A stretch of 63,816 nucleotides of DNA from Candidatus Staskawiczbacteria bacterium (GCA_026395295.1 JAPLYZ010000011.1:1-63816), one strand, 5' to 3'; counted from the first letter of the stretch, positions 40,201 to 50,565 are shown. Program-made: numbers and translations. The notes: generated by a model not told the origin, from the letters alone.

Positions 40201-43200
40201 AACTTCTTCAAAGAGCGAGTATATTTCTAAGGATACAGCAAATTTAGAGGTTGATGCCAATTATTATTTTGGCGCCCCGGTTGATAACTCCGAGGTGAGT
40301 TATACAATCAGCAGCCAAAATTATTATTTTGACAGGTATACCGGCGACGAATGGTTTAATTTTGGATGGTGGGATGACAATTATTATGATTCGGGGTCAT
40401 ACTACTATGGAGACAAATTTATTTCTCGGGGCTCGGGCACAACTGACAAAGACGGCAAATTTAAATTTTCGCAGAAGCTTGATTTGCAGGAAATGCTAAA
40501 GAGCAGTCCTAATCAGGGCAGCAGAATAATAGTTTTAGACTCAACTGTTAAAAATAATTTGGGGCAAAGCGTTTCAGACCAAAAATCATTTATTGTCCAC
40601 GCCGGTAATTATTACATCGGAGTTAAAACAGACCCGTATTTTGTCGGTAAAAATCAGGATTTTAATTTGAAAGTAAAAACAGTTGATACCGAAGGCAAAG
40701 ATGTGGGAGTTGGAAACATAACAGCTGATATTTATGCTGTAAGCTGGGTTTATGCCAAGCGTCAGGAGGTAAGCGGAGCATTTAATTACAATTGGCAGGA
40801 GAAAAAAGATCTTGTTAAAACAATAAACTTTGGCACAGATAATAATGGAAACTGGAGCCAGAAGGTAAAACTAAATAAAGAGGGGCAATATGACATAGAA
40901 CTTTCGTCTCACGACAAAGCAGGAAACGAAATAAAATCTAAAACCAGCATTTATGTTTATGGAGAAGGCCAGGCGACTTTTATGTTTGATGACAGCACAA
41001 GTTTGAGCCTTAAAGCCAACAAGAAAGATCTTAAAGTTGGCGAACAGGGGCAGTTGATTATTGAGTCTCCTTATTCAAAGTCCAAAGCTCTAATTACCAT
41101 TGAACGCGGGAAGATATTTGATTACAAAATAGTTGATTTAACAGGAAATATTTTGGGGTATAATTTTACCGCCACAGATGATTATGCGCCTAATGTTTAT
41201 GTTTCAGTGTTGTTGCAATCGCCCGACCCGGCTGTAAAATTTGCGTCTCAGGAATTTACAGTAAACAGCGACAAATCAAAAATTGACTTGCAGGCGACTT
41301 CAGACAAAAAGTTTTACAACCCCGGGGATAATGTTAATTTGAGTATTGTGGCAAAAGACGCCAGCGGAAAACCGTTGAAAACAGAGGTCTCTGTGGCAGT
41401 TGTTGATTTGAGCGTTTTGGCATTGAAAGGGAATCCCAAAAAAGATCCTTTGGTCTTTTTCTACAATGGTTTCCCGCTTACTGTCTCCACTTCATCTAAC
41501 ATAAAAAATAAAATTGTTAGGATTGAGCCTGCCGACGCGTCAGATAGTAATAACTCTGAAACCAAGGGCGGGGGCGGAGGAGGCGGAGCTGATAATAAAG
41601 TCAGGGGCGATTTTCGAGACACAGCCTTTTGGTCTGCCACTGTGCAAACAGGCGACGATGGCAAAGCTCAGACTTCGTTTAAGCTCCCGGATAACTTAAC
41701 AACTTGGCAGGCAGAAGTTTTGGGCGTGACCAAAGACACAAAATTGGGCGTCGATTATCTTTCATTCCAAAGCAAAAAGGATCTTATGATTGTTCCATTA
41801 AAGCCCAGATTTATTGTTCCGGAAGACACTTTCAGCATTGGCGCCCAAGTGTTCAATCAATCAGACGGAGACAAAACATTTAAAGTTTCTTTCAAGAGCG
41901 ACACATTGCAACCTGCTGACAATAATAAAGAAAAAACAGTCAGGGTGAATAAAGGCGAGCAACAAACCGTGTACTTTGCGGTGAAGGCTCCGGCGAAATT
42001 TTATAGCGGCTCTCATAGCTTTACAATTTCAGCATCTGGCGGAGGATTACAAGATGCTGTAGCTCAAAGCATTGTAATCAGGCAGAATTCTACATATGAG
42101 GTTACAGCAACCGCCGGTTATACGCAGGGAAGTGACGCCAAAGAAGTAATTTATCTGCCATCCAATGTTTCTGCCAACAATGGAGATTTGACAGTCAAAA
42201 GTTCAGCTACCTTGGCGGTGTTTTTGTCCGATGCGTTAAACTATTTGATAAGCTATCCTTATGGATGCTCTGAGCAAATTTCCAGTAAGTTAAAAGCCAT
42301 TGCCATTATTAAAAATGGTTTGAAAATTCCTAATATGGCTGACAAGTTAAAGTTGGAAAAAGTTCTTTACAAAGACAAAGAATATACAATTGACCAGCTG
42401 GTTGATGTCGGGCTGTCTGACCTTTATAAGAACCAAAATGACGATGGCGGATTCAACATGTGGGGGGCAGGAGAATCAAATTATTTTATGACCCTCAGTG
42501 TTGTTGATGCTTTTAATTCTCTCAAGAAAGCCGGCTACACGGTTAATGCCGATGCGTTAAATAACGCGGCGGATTATCTGTTCAGATATTACAATGGTCC
42601 TGACTACAACCTTTCTGACGACGAAAAAATTTCTTTAGCTTCGGTGCTTTTGCAGACAGATGGTTATAGAAACAATGGTAACTTAATGCAAACAGTGAGC
42701 TCCATTATTACCGATGATTCGGCGATCAACGACCAACTAAGCCAGAAAGCGTTGGCCGAGCTTGGAGTTTTGGTTAGCAACAATTCTTTTGGCTCATATG
42801 CTACAACAAGAATTAACAACGCCCTTGATAATAGAATAAATATTGATTCAAGGGGAGCGTTTTTGTCCTTGCGCCAGGATAATTATTATTACGATTACTT
42901 TGAGTCAACAATTGGAGATACCGCCTTGTATCTTAAATCTCTTGCAGACGGGCAGCGCGACACTGCAATAACAGATAAAATAATAAGATGGATTCTTAAC
43001 TCTAAAGATAAAGATGGGGCATGGGGTTCAACGCAAAATACTTTAGCTGTTGTGGAAGCGTTTACAGATTATCTTAATTGGAAAAAAGAAACCGGCGCGG
43101 TTTATACATTAGATACGATTGTTAACGCTAAGAGCGTTGATAAGTTTGCGTTTAACGCTTCTACTATTCTAGAACAAAGCAAACAGGTGATTCCAATAAG

Positions 43201-43759
43201 CTCTTTGAGAGTGAACGATTACAACACTTTAGAACTAAAAAAGACAGGATCGGGGTCTTTGTATTATGATCTTGGCTTAAAATATTATCTTGAAGGAAAT
43301 GTTGAGCCAAGAGACGAGGGGTTCACTATCACGAGGCAGATGTATGCGTTAAGCGATAAATCTGGGAGCAACCCGCTGGCAAAAGCCAAAGCCGGCGACC
43401 TTGTCAGAGAGCACCTGACCATTGTGGCTCCGGTTGAACGTAGGAATGTTCAAATAGAAGACTTTATACCGGCTGGCATGGAAATTGTTGACTTAAGCCT
43501 GGCTACAGAGAGTAAGGACTTGAGATTTAATCAGGTCCAAATAAAAGCTCCTGAAATTTATCCGGACTTCAAAGAGATACGCGACGACAGGGCATACATT
43601 TATACTGCCCAATTAGATCCTGGCGTATACGAGTTTGACTATTATTTGAGAGCCTTGGTGCCTGGCGCTTATTCCCAGTTGCCGGCAGTAGTTTCAGAAA
43701 TGTACACGCCGGAAAATTTTGGCAGAACAGGCAGCGCAACGTTTCAAGTGACAAAATAG
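37292..43759 (+). CDS. Alpha-2-macroglobulin family protein
   Basis: Ig-like N-terminus, TDKPLYRP, FKLPDNLTTW, thioester YPYGCSEQ, WGSTQ, EMYTPE. Confidence 0.93.
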   Translation: MDKNIFRLRNILLGVFCVALISVGLYFFMGSQSGLNISYSENYRLVPEKISQSAAIRISLPKGVDKQLAEKGVTFDPQIKGTWVEGKQTAWWQAQKAIAAITEQKINTNFIVFKPQNSLDLDKYYAVKVDLGQGKILASDFLVAENPKVNAIFPAVNSEAPDNSKITIIFNRPMVPVTTIDQLEGQSIPVEISPATDGKFKWISTNTLQFIPKDHLKRSANYTVKVKNGFTSMDGLAVSNSESSFQVLKLRYADSENYTLIQSQIYNQPVRIYFNQPVDLSKTKSKIKITDGNTNQEIPFVAEYALKTQDETKNNPQYKTGDNFSGGFGFNFVDRLTASLLDIFTGKKGEVDQSIIELYPKKDSFGRSKFWDFNKNYTVTVSGAYSKEGDIALDTSKIIDVRTAGVVNQGSAHSDRTNLASLNLFDPQGYLTLTFFEDINLSKSRITAGNLQKIEYGQKCKDENSYYDPNCEKIQDNKKINIYFKSSEIKPGDKLSVNLEKVVNTGGLQINKDTINIGILTYGPLTISLGDSSKSYSNLDKKYLDGFYLCSNNPLATPDKKEFKQKISGNLDFQINSFSQSWPSSGVSQACPLGTMMTFVRGGFAPESIYNLNLDLNDVFGQNIKKQISFSTGTMEAGSAYAFGLQQRYSVTSPQNAVLNFGAQNVSYVDLAICKASAIDFKQMYDSNIIDSSVCSQYKTKQISLPEKYWVNNYFSVNLADYFTDPIGNYVVSVSNPLLSNYSGKLKNYVTVTNLAVAEKSIAPATDYLGSVEEQLSSQQISSLKNLYWVTDMKTQNPIAGAKISFYDKGGGLLGNATTNSDGLAFSVPSIGADCIVASYGSDSTVVMQNNDQMNWSQSAYNYKKTFIYTDKPLYRPEQTVHAKGILRIGYDGNYEMFSDKTIEVKIRNSKGVIALDKNVDISAFGTFNIDFVLDKNSPLGTYTICVKGSYDCAYFDILEYVPAAFQVSQTSSKSEYISKDTANLEVDANYYFGAPVDNSEVSYTISSQNYYFDRYTGDEWFNFGWWDDNYYDSGSYYYGDKFISRGSGTTDKDGKFKFSQKLDLQEMLKSSPNQGSRIIVLDSTVKNNLGQSVSDQKSFIVHAGNYYIGVKTDPYFVGKNQDFNLKVKTVDTEGKDVGVGNITADIYAVSWVYAKRQEVSGAFNYNWQEKKDLVKTINFGTDNNGNWSQKVKLNKEGQYDIELSSHDKAGNEIKSKTSIYVYGEGQATFMFDDSTSLSLKANKKDLKVGEQGQLIIESPYSKSKALITIERGKIFDYKIVDLTGNILGYNFTATDDYAPNVYVSVLLQSPDPAVKFASQEFTVNSDKSKIDLQATSDKKFYNPGDNVNLSIVAKDASGKPLKTEVSVAVVDLSVLALKGNPKKDPLVFFYNGFPLTVSTSSNIKNKIVRIEPADASDSNNSETKGGGGGGGADNKVRGDFRDTAFWSATVQTGDDGKAQTSFKLPDNLTTWQAEVLGVTKDTKLGVDYLSFQSKKDLMIVPLKPRFIVPEDTFSIGAQVFNQSDGDKTFKVSFKSDTLQPADNNKEKTVRVNKGEQQTVYFAVKAPAKFYSGSHSFTISASGGGLQDAVAQSIVIRQNSTYEVTATAGYTQGSDAKEVIYLPSNVSANNGDLTVKSSATLAVFLSDALNYLISYPYGCSEQISSKLKAIAIIKNGLKIPNMADKLKLEKVLYKDKEYTIDQLVDVGLSDLYKNQNDDGGFNMWGAGESNYFMTLSVVDAFNSLKKAGYTVNADALNNAADYLFRYYNGPDYNLSDDEKISLASVLLQTDGYRNNGNLMQTVSSIITDDSAINDQLSQKALAELGVLVSNNSFGSYATTRINNALDNRINIDSRGAFLSLRQDNYYYDYFESTIGDTALYLKSLADGQRDTAITDKIIRWILNSKDKDGAWGSTQNTLAVVEAFTDYLNWKKETGAVYTLDTIVNAKSVDKFAFNASTILEQSKQVIPISSLRVNDYNTLELKKTGSGSLYYDLGLKYYLEGNVEPRDEGFTITRQMYALSDKSGSNPLAKAKAGDLVREHLTIVAPVERRNVQIEDFIPAGMEIVDLSLATESKDLRFNQVQIKAPEIYPDFKEIRDDRAYIYTAQLDPGVYEFDYYLRALVPGAYSQLPAVVSEMYTPENFGRTGSATFQVTK

Positions 43760-43872
43760 AGAAGCAATATGTGGGCGTTTTATTTTCATCATTTGACCCG
43801 CTTTCACGTTTTTTTGTTGTTCGTGTTTTGACTACCTTGTGGTAAAATTATATGATTAATTAATAAAAGTTT

Positions 43873-45849
43873 ATGGAGAGTAGTTTGGAAAAAAAATTTA
43901 TAATTGATAACAACGGAGCAGTTTTAAACATAGAAAGTACGGCTACTTTTTTGGGTATCTCGACTGCTACAGTTAGAAATTGGGTGAAGTCAGGCTTTTT
44001 GAGAACGATTGATGCGAATACTAAAAATTTTTTTCAGAAACAAGATATAGAAAATGTGAAACTTAGGATTGCAAACGGTGATTTAGAAAAATTAAGCGGA
44101 AGGGCAAACAAGGTGAACGCCGATAAGGTTTTTACACCAAATGAATATATCCATGATAAGGTTAATCTTGATGCGTTAAATTGCGTAGTTGATTTTATAA
44201 AAGATAATAACATAGCTTTATTATCCGCCATTTTTCTCGTTAGTTTGAATTTACTTAAAAAAGAAAAAATTCTGTTAGAAGTAGATATCCACGATATTAT
44301 AGAAAAGAATGATTTGTCTATTGTAAATAACGAAATCGGGAAGGAAATAAAATCGTGGCTTTCAGAAATAGAGGCAAAAAATATGAAAGAGAACTTTTCT
44401 TATCTGCTCAATTGCGATATTCCGAAAGAAAGAGATGTGCTCGGATTTTTGTATCAGTCCCTTTTAGCTGAAGGAGAAAAATCGCAAAGTGGGTCATATT
44501 ATACTCCGGCAAATATAGTTGATAAAATAATATCTGAGCACGTCAAAAAGGATTCTAAGGTTCTTGATCCTTGTTGCGGAACAGGACAATTTTTATTGGC
44601 ATTTTCGGACATTATAGAAAATCCATCGAACATATATGGAATTGATTCTGACGATATCGCGGTCAAAATTGCCAGACTTAATATTTTAATAAAATTTAAA
44701 GACAAAGATTTCATACCAAACATTGTTTGCAAAAATACACTTTCTGATATTGGAAATTACGATTTGTTTAGTTCAAACAACCAAAATATAAAAGATTTTG
44801 ATGTGATAGCGACAAATCCGCCGTGGGGTGCCCATTTTTCTAGTAGAGACATCGAGAGGTTAAAGAAAATATATCCTGAAATAATATCACTAGAATCTTT
44901 TTCATACTTTCTCATAAAAAGCCTTGGTTTACTCCGAAATGGTGGTACAGTCTCTTTTATCTTGCCAGAGTCAATTTTGAATGTAAAAACACACAGAGAT
45001 ATAAGAAAAATTATTTTAAAAAATTTTCAGGTTAAAAAGATTGTTTGTCTCAATAGAGTTTTTAAGAATGTCTTTACTTCTGTTTATAGATTGGATATAG
45101 AAAAGTCTGAAAATAAAGATGGGAACATACAAATCTGTAAAGAAGATGGGGAGCACTACGCCAAACAATCGAGGTGGTTAAATAACAGGGATTTTATTTT
45201 TGATATTCATGCGAATGGAGTTGATACTGAAATAATTGATAAAATATATCGAATAAACCACGTTACCCTAGAGAACAAGGCTGATTGGGCGTTAGGAATA
45301 GTGACGGGCAATAATAAAAAATTTATTGTCAGCGAAGCAAAAGAAGGGTTTGAGCCCATCTATAAAGGAAAAGATGTCGAAAGGTTTGCGCTGAAAGAAA
45401 CTCCAAACTATGTCCAATTTATACCGGAAAAATTTCAGCAGGTTGCCTTGATAGAAAAATATAGAGCGAAGGAGAAACTAATTTATAGATTTATTTCTAA
45501 ATATTTAGTCTTTGCTTATGATAACCATCAGAAATTAACCCTCAATAGTGCCAATATTGTTATTCCTCAAATTCCAGAGTATCCGATGAAAGTGATTGCT
45601 GCCCTGCTCAATTCATCCTTATATCAATTTGTATTTCAAAAGAAGTTTTCAAGCATCAAGGTTTTGAGGAGTCACATAGAGCAAATGCCATTACCACTTT
45701 GGGACAAGAAAACATTTTCTGAAATTGTCGAATTAGTTGATGGAATAATAAAAGGTGAAGATATTTTCGGAAAATTAGATGACTATATCATGAACAAATT
45801 TGAACTCTCGCAAAAAGAGAAAAACTATATTATTAAATTTAATAAATAA
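43873..45849 (+). CDS. Amino (N6-adenine) DNA methyltransferase with N-terminal HTH, TaqI-like
   Basis: GISTATVRNW HTH; GSYYTP, LDPCCGTGQF, NPPW; C-terminal YKGKDV..EKLIYR..LLNS. Confidence 0.88.
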   Translation: MESSLEKKFIIDNNGAVLNIESTATFLGISTATVRNWVKSGFLRTIDANTKNFFQKQDIENVKLRIANGDLEKLSGRANKVNADKVFTPNEYIHDKVNLDALNCVVDFIKDNNIALLSAIFLVSLNLLKKEKILLEVDIHDIIEKNDLSIVNNEIGKEIKSWLSEIEAKNMKENFSYLLNCDIPKERDVLGFLYQSLLAEGEKSQSGSYYTPANIVDKIISEHVKKDSKVLDPCCGTGQFLLAFSDIIENPSNIYGIDSDDIAVKIARLNILIKFKDKDFIPNIVCKNTLSDIGNYDLFSSNNQNIKDFDVIATNPPWGAHFSSRDIERLKKIYPEIISLESFSYFLIKSLGLLRNGGTVSFILPESILNVKTHRDIRKIILKNFQVKKIVCLNRVFKNVFTSVYRLDIEKSENKDGNIQICKEDGEHYAKQSRWLNNRDFIFDIHANGVDTEIIDKIYRINHVTLENKADWALGIVTGNNKKFIVSEAKEGFEPIYKGKDVERFALKETPNYVQFIPEKFQQVALIEKYRAKEKLIYRFISKYLVFAYDNHQKLTLNSANIVIPQIPEYPMKVIAALLNSSLYQFVFQKKFSSIKVLRSHIEQMPLPLWDKKTFSEIVELVDGIIKGEDIFGKLDDYIMNKFELSQKEKNYIIKFNK

Positions 45850-45852
45850 TCT

Positions 45853-46596
45853 ATGGAAATTTTGAAAAAAGATATAGAACAATTGATTGAGCGATTGCCA
45901 AATAACGACAAGGAGAAATTACGAAGTAATCTCAGAGATTTAATGTCGGTATACCCTTTCAATGAATATGAGTATATCATTTCGAACTTATTAGGATTGG
46001 ACAGAATAACTCTTGCGGATTATCTCAAGATTAGAGGAGAATATCTGATAAGGAACGAATATGTACATATTTATGAAAAATATGGATCTCCGACAGCGTT
46101 TGGAATTACGTGGGCGCAATCACATGTCCATGCTATTGTTCCTGAAATGAAAAAGCCCACAAAAAAAGAACACCCAGATTTTGATAACGAGTATGACTTT
46201 TTTTATAACTATAAAAAGAGTCATATCAAGATAGAGGTAAAAGCATCCAGGGCAGTCGATGCAAAAAGTGATGAGCCACTTTATGTTAAAGCTCTTGCAT
46301 GGAATTCCAAAAAACCATTTGATATGAATTTTCAGCAGATAAAACCAAGTAGTTGTGATGTTTTTATCTGGGTCGCCGTTTGGCGGGACACAATAAAATA
46401 CTGGGTTTTCGCTTCAAAAGATATAGAAAATAATAAGTATTATTCAAGGGGACAACACAGAGGGAATATAGGAGAAGGTCAACTTCATCTAAATCAAACT
46501 AATATAAAAGAATTTGCCAAGTACGAGGCTCAGCCAAAAGATTTACTTGAAAGAATTATTAAAGCATATAAAAGACAGATTTTAAAAATTGATTGA
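45853..46596 (+). CDS. Putative restriction endonuclease (PD-(D/E)xK)
   Basis: EYD...IEVKASRA, NFQQIK; starts 3 nt after the MTase stop. Confidence 0.7.
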   Translation: MEILKKDIEQLIERLPNNDKEKLRSNLRDLMSVYPFNEYEYIISNLLGLDRITLADYLKIRGEYLIRNEYVHIYEKYGSPTAFGITWAQSHVHAIVPEMKKPTKKEHPDFDNEYDFFYNYKKSHIKIEVKASRAVDAKSDEPLYVKALAWNSKKPFDMNFQQIKPSSCDVFIWVAVWRDTIKYWVFASKDIENNKYYSRGQHRGNIGEGQLHLNQTNIKEFAKYEAQPKDLLERIIKAYKRQILKID

Positions 46597-46604
46597 GGAA
46601 TAAT

Positions 46605-48725
46605 TTAATTGGTCTGTTTTATAAATCGCACGGTTATTGTTTCGTTTTGCGATTTAGAGGAGGCTGTTATTTCATAACTGCCTTCTTTTTTTGGAGCAAA
46701 AAATATTTTTTGCTTACCCGTTGTGGTTTCAGCAAAGGCGGGGCCAATGATTTTCCAGTCGGAGACGTCTTTTGCCTCCAGCGAAATTTCTACGCCAGGG
46801 GTAAAAATAAAAACATCGTCATCGTGCGGATTTAGGATGAAAGATTTGTCCTGATTCTCTATAATGTTTTCAGATTTTTTAAAATCATCATTTGCTAAGC
46901 CATATTCAATTCCATTTTTGCCCTGGTATTCTTTTATATCTGAAAAATCAAACTGCGAATTTTGGTTATATTCTGAATTGAGCATCAGTTGCATAACCTC
47001 ATTCCAAATTCTGCCGGCTCCAGTTTGTCCGGAAACTGCATCAGTCGGCGAGTTGTCTGCATTTCCCACCCACACGCCAACCAAAAAATCAGGAGTGTAT
47101 CCGACTATCCAACTGTCAATGTAGTCGTGAGAGGTCCCGGTTTTTAAAGCATAATTTTTTGCTTGCAAATTCAGCGAGCTTTCAGCTCCAAATTGGTCTA
47201 TGCCGGTTTTTCGGTCGCTCAAAATTTTATTTATAAGTTCTACATATTTTTTTGGCGCCACGTCTTTATTTTGGTAAGGGAAATAATTATTATTTATAGA
47301 TCCATCGGTAAATATTTTCAACCCGTTGAGTTTTCCTTGGTTTGGGAAAATTGAGAAATAATGGGTGAGGTCCAGCAAGTTCATTTCTAAATTTCCCAAG
47401 GCGATTCCAAGCTGGTATTGGTCAATTGGTTGTATGGTTTTATACCCCAGGTCTTCTGTTAAAAATTTGTTAAAATTATCTATGCCTGCAAATTCAAGCG
47501 TTTTTACAGCTGCAACATTAATGCTGTTGTCTAGGGCATAATGCGCGGTCATTAAGCCGTGATATTTGAAGTCATAATTTTTAGGATAAATTGGGTATCC
47601 GCCCGGTCCTAAGTATTTGTATTCTCGGTCGTCAATTAATGTGTATGGCCTCATTCCATTTTCAAAGCCAAGCAGATAAATGAACGGCTTAACTGTTGAG
47701 CCAATCTGCCTGGGTTGCAAAGACATGTCAATTTTGTAACCATCGGAAAAAGAGCTTGGGTCAGGCGAACCGATCAACGCCAGCACTTGGTTGTCTTTTG
47801 CTGATAAAATTACGACAGCCGCATTTTTTGCTTTTTTATTTTTCAAAACATCAATGTTTGACGACACTATGTCTCTGATATTTTTCATTAGTCGGCTGTC
47901 AACTGTCAATTGCAGGTTTTTGTTAACATTGCCGGAAAGGTATGGAGCCAGTTCTAAAATTGGCTGGTTTTTATAAACGTAGTTCTGTATATTTTTTTGG
48001 CAATCTTCAGGTTGTGTAAAATTATTGTTTTTTACCCCCAGCGAAGCAGACAAAATCTTAGATTTTTCTATGTTTGCTGAGCCAGCTGGATTATAATCGG
48101 TTGGACTGCTCAATGTCGCAAGCAATTGAACAATTTGCCCGGTGGTTAAGTTTTGCGGAGCAACATTAAAATATGCTTTGCCGGCAGATCTTATTCCCTG
48201 CAATTGGCTGCCGAAATAAACAGAGTTGGCATACATCTCCAAAATTTTCTCTTTGCTATTAAACGTTTCCAATGCCAGTGTGTAAAAAGCCTCTTTTATT
48301 TTATTGTTTATGTTTCTTTGATTCTCCTCCTGTAAAAGTATTTTTGTAAGTTGCTGGCTTATTGTGCTGGAAGCCTTTCTCTGAGACAACCCCAGCTTGT
48401 TTCCAACAGCCTCAAAAATGCTCAAAAAATTGAAACCAAAATGCCAATAAAAATATTTATCTTCTTTTTCTATCAGTAATTTTTTAAAATTATCGGGAAC
48501 CGGGGCAGAGTATTCGGCGTAATAGCCCTTCGGGTTCTTTGAGATTAAAATAACGTTGTTATTTCTGTCAGTTACAGAAAAAGATTGGTTAGAGTTATAG
48601 CTGTTTGTTAACTCTGTGTTCAGAGCATATAGTAAAATATACAAAAACAAAAACGCACCCAAAATTAGCGCAATCACAGTTTTGTGCCGGCGTGCGGTTT
48701 TTTTTATTTGTTCGAATAATTTCAT
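46605..48725 (-). CDS. pbpC: Penicillin-binding protein 1C-like bifunctional PBP
   Basis: EDKYF, ASSTISQQ, STVK, SIN, KTGT; located near a2M. Confidence 0.85.
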   Translation of the reverse strand: MKLFEQIKKTARRHKTVIALILGAFLFLYILLYALNTELTNSYNSNQSFSVTDRNNNVILISKNPKGYYAEYSAPVPDNFKKLLIEKEDKYFYWHFGFNFLSIFEAVGNKLGLSQRKASSTISQQLTKILLQEENQRNINNKIKEAFYTLALETFNSKEKILEMYANSVYFGSQLQGIRSAGKAYFNVAPQNLTTGQIVQLLATLSSPTDYNPAGSANIEKSKILSASLGVKNNNFTQPEDCQKNIQNYVYKNQPILELAPYLSGNVNKNLQLTVDSRLMKNIRDIVSSNIDVLKNKKAKNAAVVILSAKDNQVLALIGSPDPSSFSDGYKIDMSLQPRQIGSTVKPFIYLLGFENGMRPYTLIDDREYKYLGPGGYPIYPKNYDFKYHGLMTAHYALDNSINVAAVKTLEFAGIDNFNKFLTEDLGYKTIQPIDQYQLGIALGNLEMNLLDLTHYFSIFPNQGKLNGLKIFTDGSINNNYFPYQNKDVAPKKYVELINKILSDRKTGIDQFGAESSLNLQAKNYALKTGTSHDYIDSWIVGYTPDFLVGVWVGNADNSPTDAVSGQTGAGRIWNEVMQLMLNSEYNQNSQFDFSDIKEYQGKNGIEYGLANDDFKKSENIIENQDKSFILNPHDDDVFIFTPGVEISLEAKDVSDWKIIGPAFAETTTGKQKIFFAPKKEGSYEITASSKSQNETITVRFIKQTN
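46712..46742 (-). repeat. Degenerate family A palindrome, in-frame in pbpC (PAFAETTTGK)
   Basis: Reverse complement CCCGCCTTTGCTGAAACCACAACGGGTAAGC. Confidence 0.6.
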
Positions 48726-48894
48726 GTTGGTCTATTATAGCAAATATCCTTGTTTTTATTAAATTATGAATCTATTGTCTTTTTGTTTAGTTTGACGTAG
48801 TATGTAGTTTGGTAGAGTCAAGCCTATGTTTGGCTCCACCTGCACGTTGAAAACTAAGCTGAAACACAACAGCAACCAGAAAGTGAGACGCGAG

Positions 48895-50481
48895 ATGAAT
48901 ATTCTTGATTTATTTTCCAAAACAGTTGATGACGTAATAACCGGTGCTGCTGCCCGCAACATGTTGGTGGATAACCCCTCGGAGAGCGAGCTGAGGCAAC
49001 TTGTGGCGCGCCAACCCGGGGTCAAGCAGACCAGATACGGGAGTTTTGTAGTTGAAAGCGGACCCTCATCAAGGGCGGCAATGTTTACCAAGAACAGCGT
49101 CGACAGCCATTTTGGCGACGACGAAGAACGCCTTTTGGCGGAAGCAATAGGTGTCTTATCCAAAGAGCGGATAATTTCTCTGGACCGAGTAGTCGGCGAC
49201 GGCAGCACAGGCACAACGGTTAGATTAGTCGTGCCCGAAAGGTTCGCCCATATTGCTTTGGGAGGTAATCTTTTTCTGCCGCCAGCTGTGTCGGTTAAAA
49301 GTCCGACTTACAATATCTTATTTTTCGCAGACAATGCTTTTGAGGAAAACAGGGCAAAACCTCTTCCTAGGAAAGACATCACCATCAGGTTGGCGATGCT
49401 TCCCGGAGGCAAGTTTGTAAAAGTGGTCAGGAATTCCAATTACATTGGAGAGTACAAGAAGGGCGTTTTCGCGGCCGAGAACTGGGCAACCAAGACTATC
49501 CGGGGCGGAATTTTTTTGCACGCCGGTTGTCGAGAGGATCGCCTTCAAAACGTTCATGGCGACTTTGTCCTTTCAAGGACTCTTCTCGTAGCCCTGAGTG
49601 CCAATGGGAAGACCACAACCACCTGCAGAATTCTTGCCAGAAAAGGCATGGAAGAGTCATGGATGGTCCAGGACGACGGCGGGTCTTTAATGCCCGATGG
49701 TTCTTTCCATGGTTTTGAGGGCGGCGGCATCTTCGTTAAAACTGAACGCGTCAATCCGGGCGAGCAAACCGAAATATTCTACGGCCTGTTGCGTCCCGAA
49801 ACTGTACACGAAAACGTCTGGGTCTCCGAGCAAGGATGCTTGGATTTTGACAATGTGGAAATAACCTCAAACGGGAGGGCGGTTGTCCGCAGGGAACACC
49901 TCATGCATGCCAGCCCGCATATTGGGGTTGAGAGAATCGACAACCTGATTCTTATTACCAGGGGACCTTTGATTCCGGCTATTTCAAAGTTGACGTTGGA
50001 GCAGGCGACTGCTTTGATGATTCTGGGCCAGGCGATGGAGTCGTCAGCTGGAGACCCCACCAAAGCCGGTCAAATTCGAAGCGAGTTTTTCTACGACCCG
50101 TTCGTCATTGGGAGTCGCATTGAGCACGCCAATATTTTCTACCGGATTTTGAAGGGCTTACCGTATAAGATTAACTGCTACTTGTTGAACACGGGCTGGA
50201 TTGGAGAGGGTGAGCATTACAGAAATATCACCCTGCAAGATACCATGGGCATCCTGGATTCTCTGCTTCGCGGAGGTCTGGAAGACTGGACAACTTCTCC
50301 TACCGGCCTGCTGGTGCCAAAAGCCGTGAGAACGGTTGATAGCACTTGTTTTCATCCCGAGAAACACTATTCCGTGGCTGAATTCATGGAAAAACAAAAG
50401 GCTCTTAATGCAGTCAGGCGAGGAGCCATCGAGAAGTTCCAGGGGCAGCTGGACTTCAGCGCCGAGGAGCTGTTCCAATAA
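48895..50481 (+). CDS. pckA: Phosphoenolpyruvate carboxykinase (ATP-type), divergent
   Basis: NYIGEYKKG, LHAGC, LSANGKTT, QDD, FEGG, ENV, TSNGRA, YLLNTG. Confidence 0.85.
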   Translation: MNILDLFSKTVDDVITGAAARNMLVDNPSESELRQLVARQPGVKQTRYGSFVVESGPSSRAAMFTKNSVDSHFGDDEERLLAEAIGVLSKERIISLDRVVGDGSTGTTVRLVVPERFAHIALGGNLFLPPAVSVKSPTYNILFFADNAFEENRAKPLPRKDITIRLAMLPGGKFVKVVRNSNYIGEYKKGVFAAENWATKTIRGGIFLHAGCREDRLQNVHGDFVLSRTLLVALSANGKTTTTCRILARKGMEESWMVQDDGGSLMPDGSFHGFEGGGIFVKTERVNPGEQTEIFYGLLRPETVHENVWVSEQGCLDFDNVEITSNGRAVVRREHLMHASPHIGVERIDNLILITRGPLIPAISKLTLEQATALMILGQAMESSAGDPTKAGQIRSEFFYDPFVIGSRIEHANIFYRILKGLPYKINCYLLNTGWIGEGEHYRNITLQDTMGILDSLLRGGLEDWTTSPTGLLVPKAVRTVDSTCFHPEKHYSVAEFMEKQKALNAVRRGAIEKFQGQLDFSAEELFQ

Positions 50482-50565
50482 AGTTGTTTTTCAGAAACAA
50501 AGGGTGAGACATAAGTCAAACCCTCTTTTTTTATATTTTATTATTTGATATAATAACACAATAAT

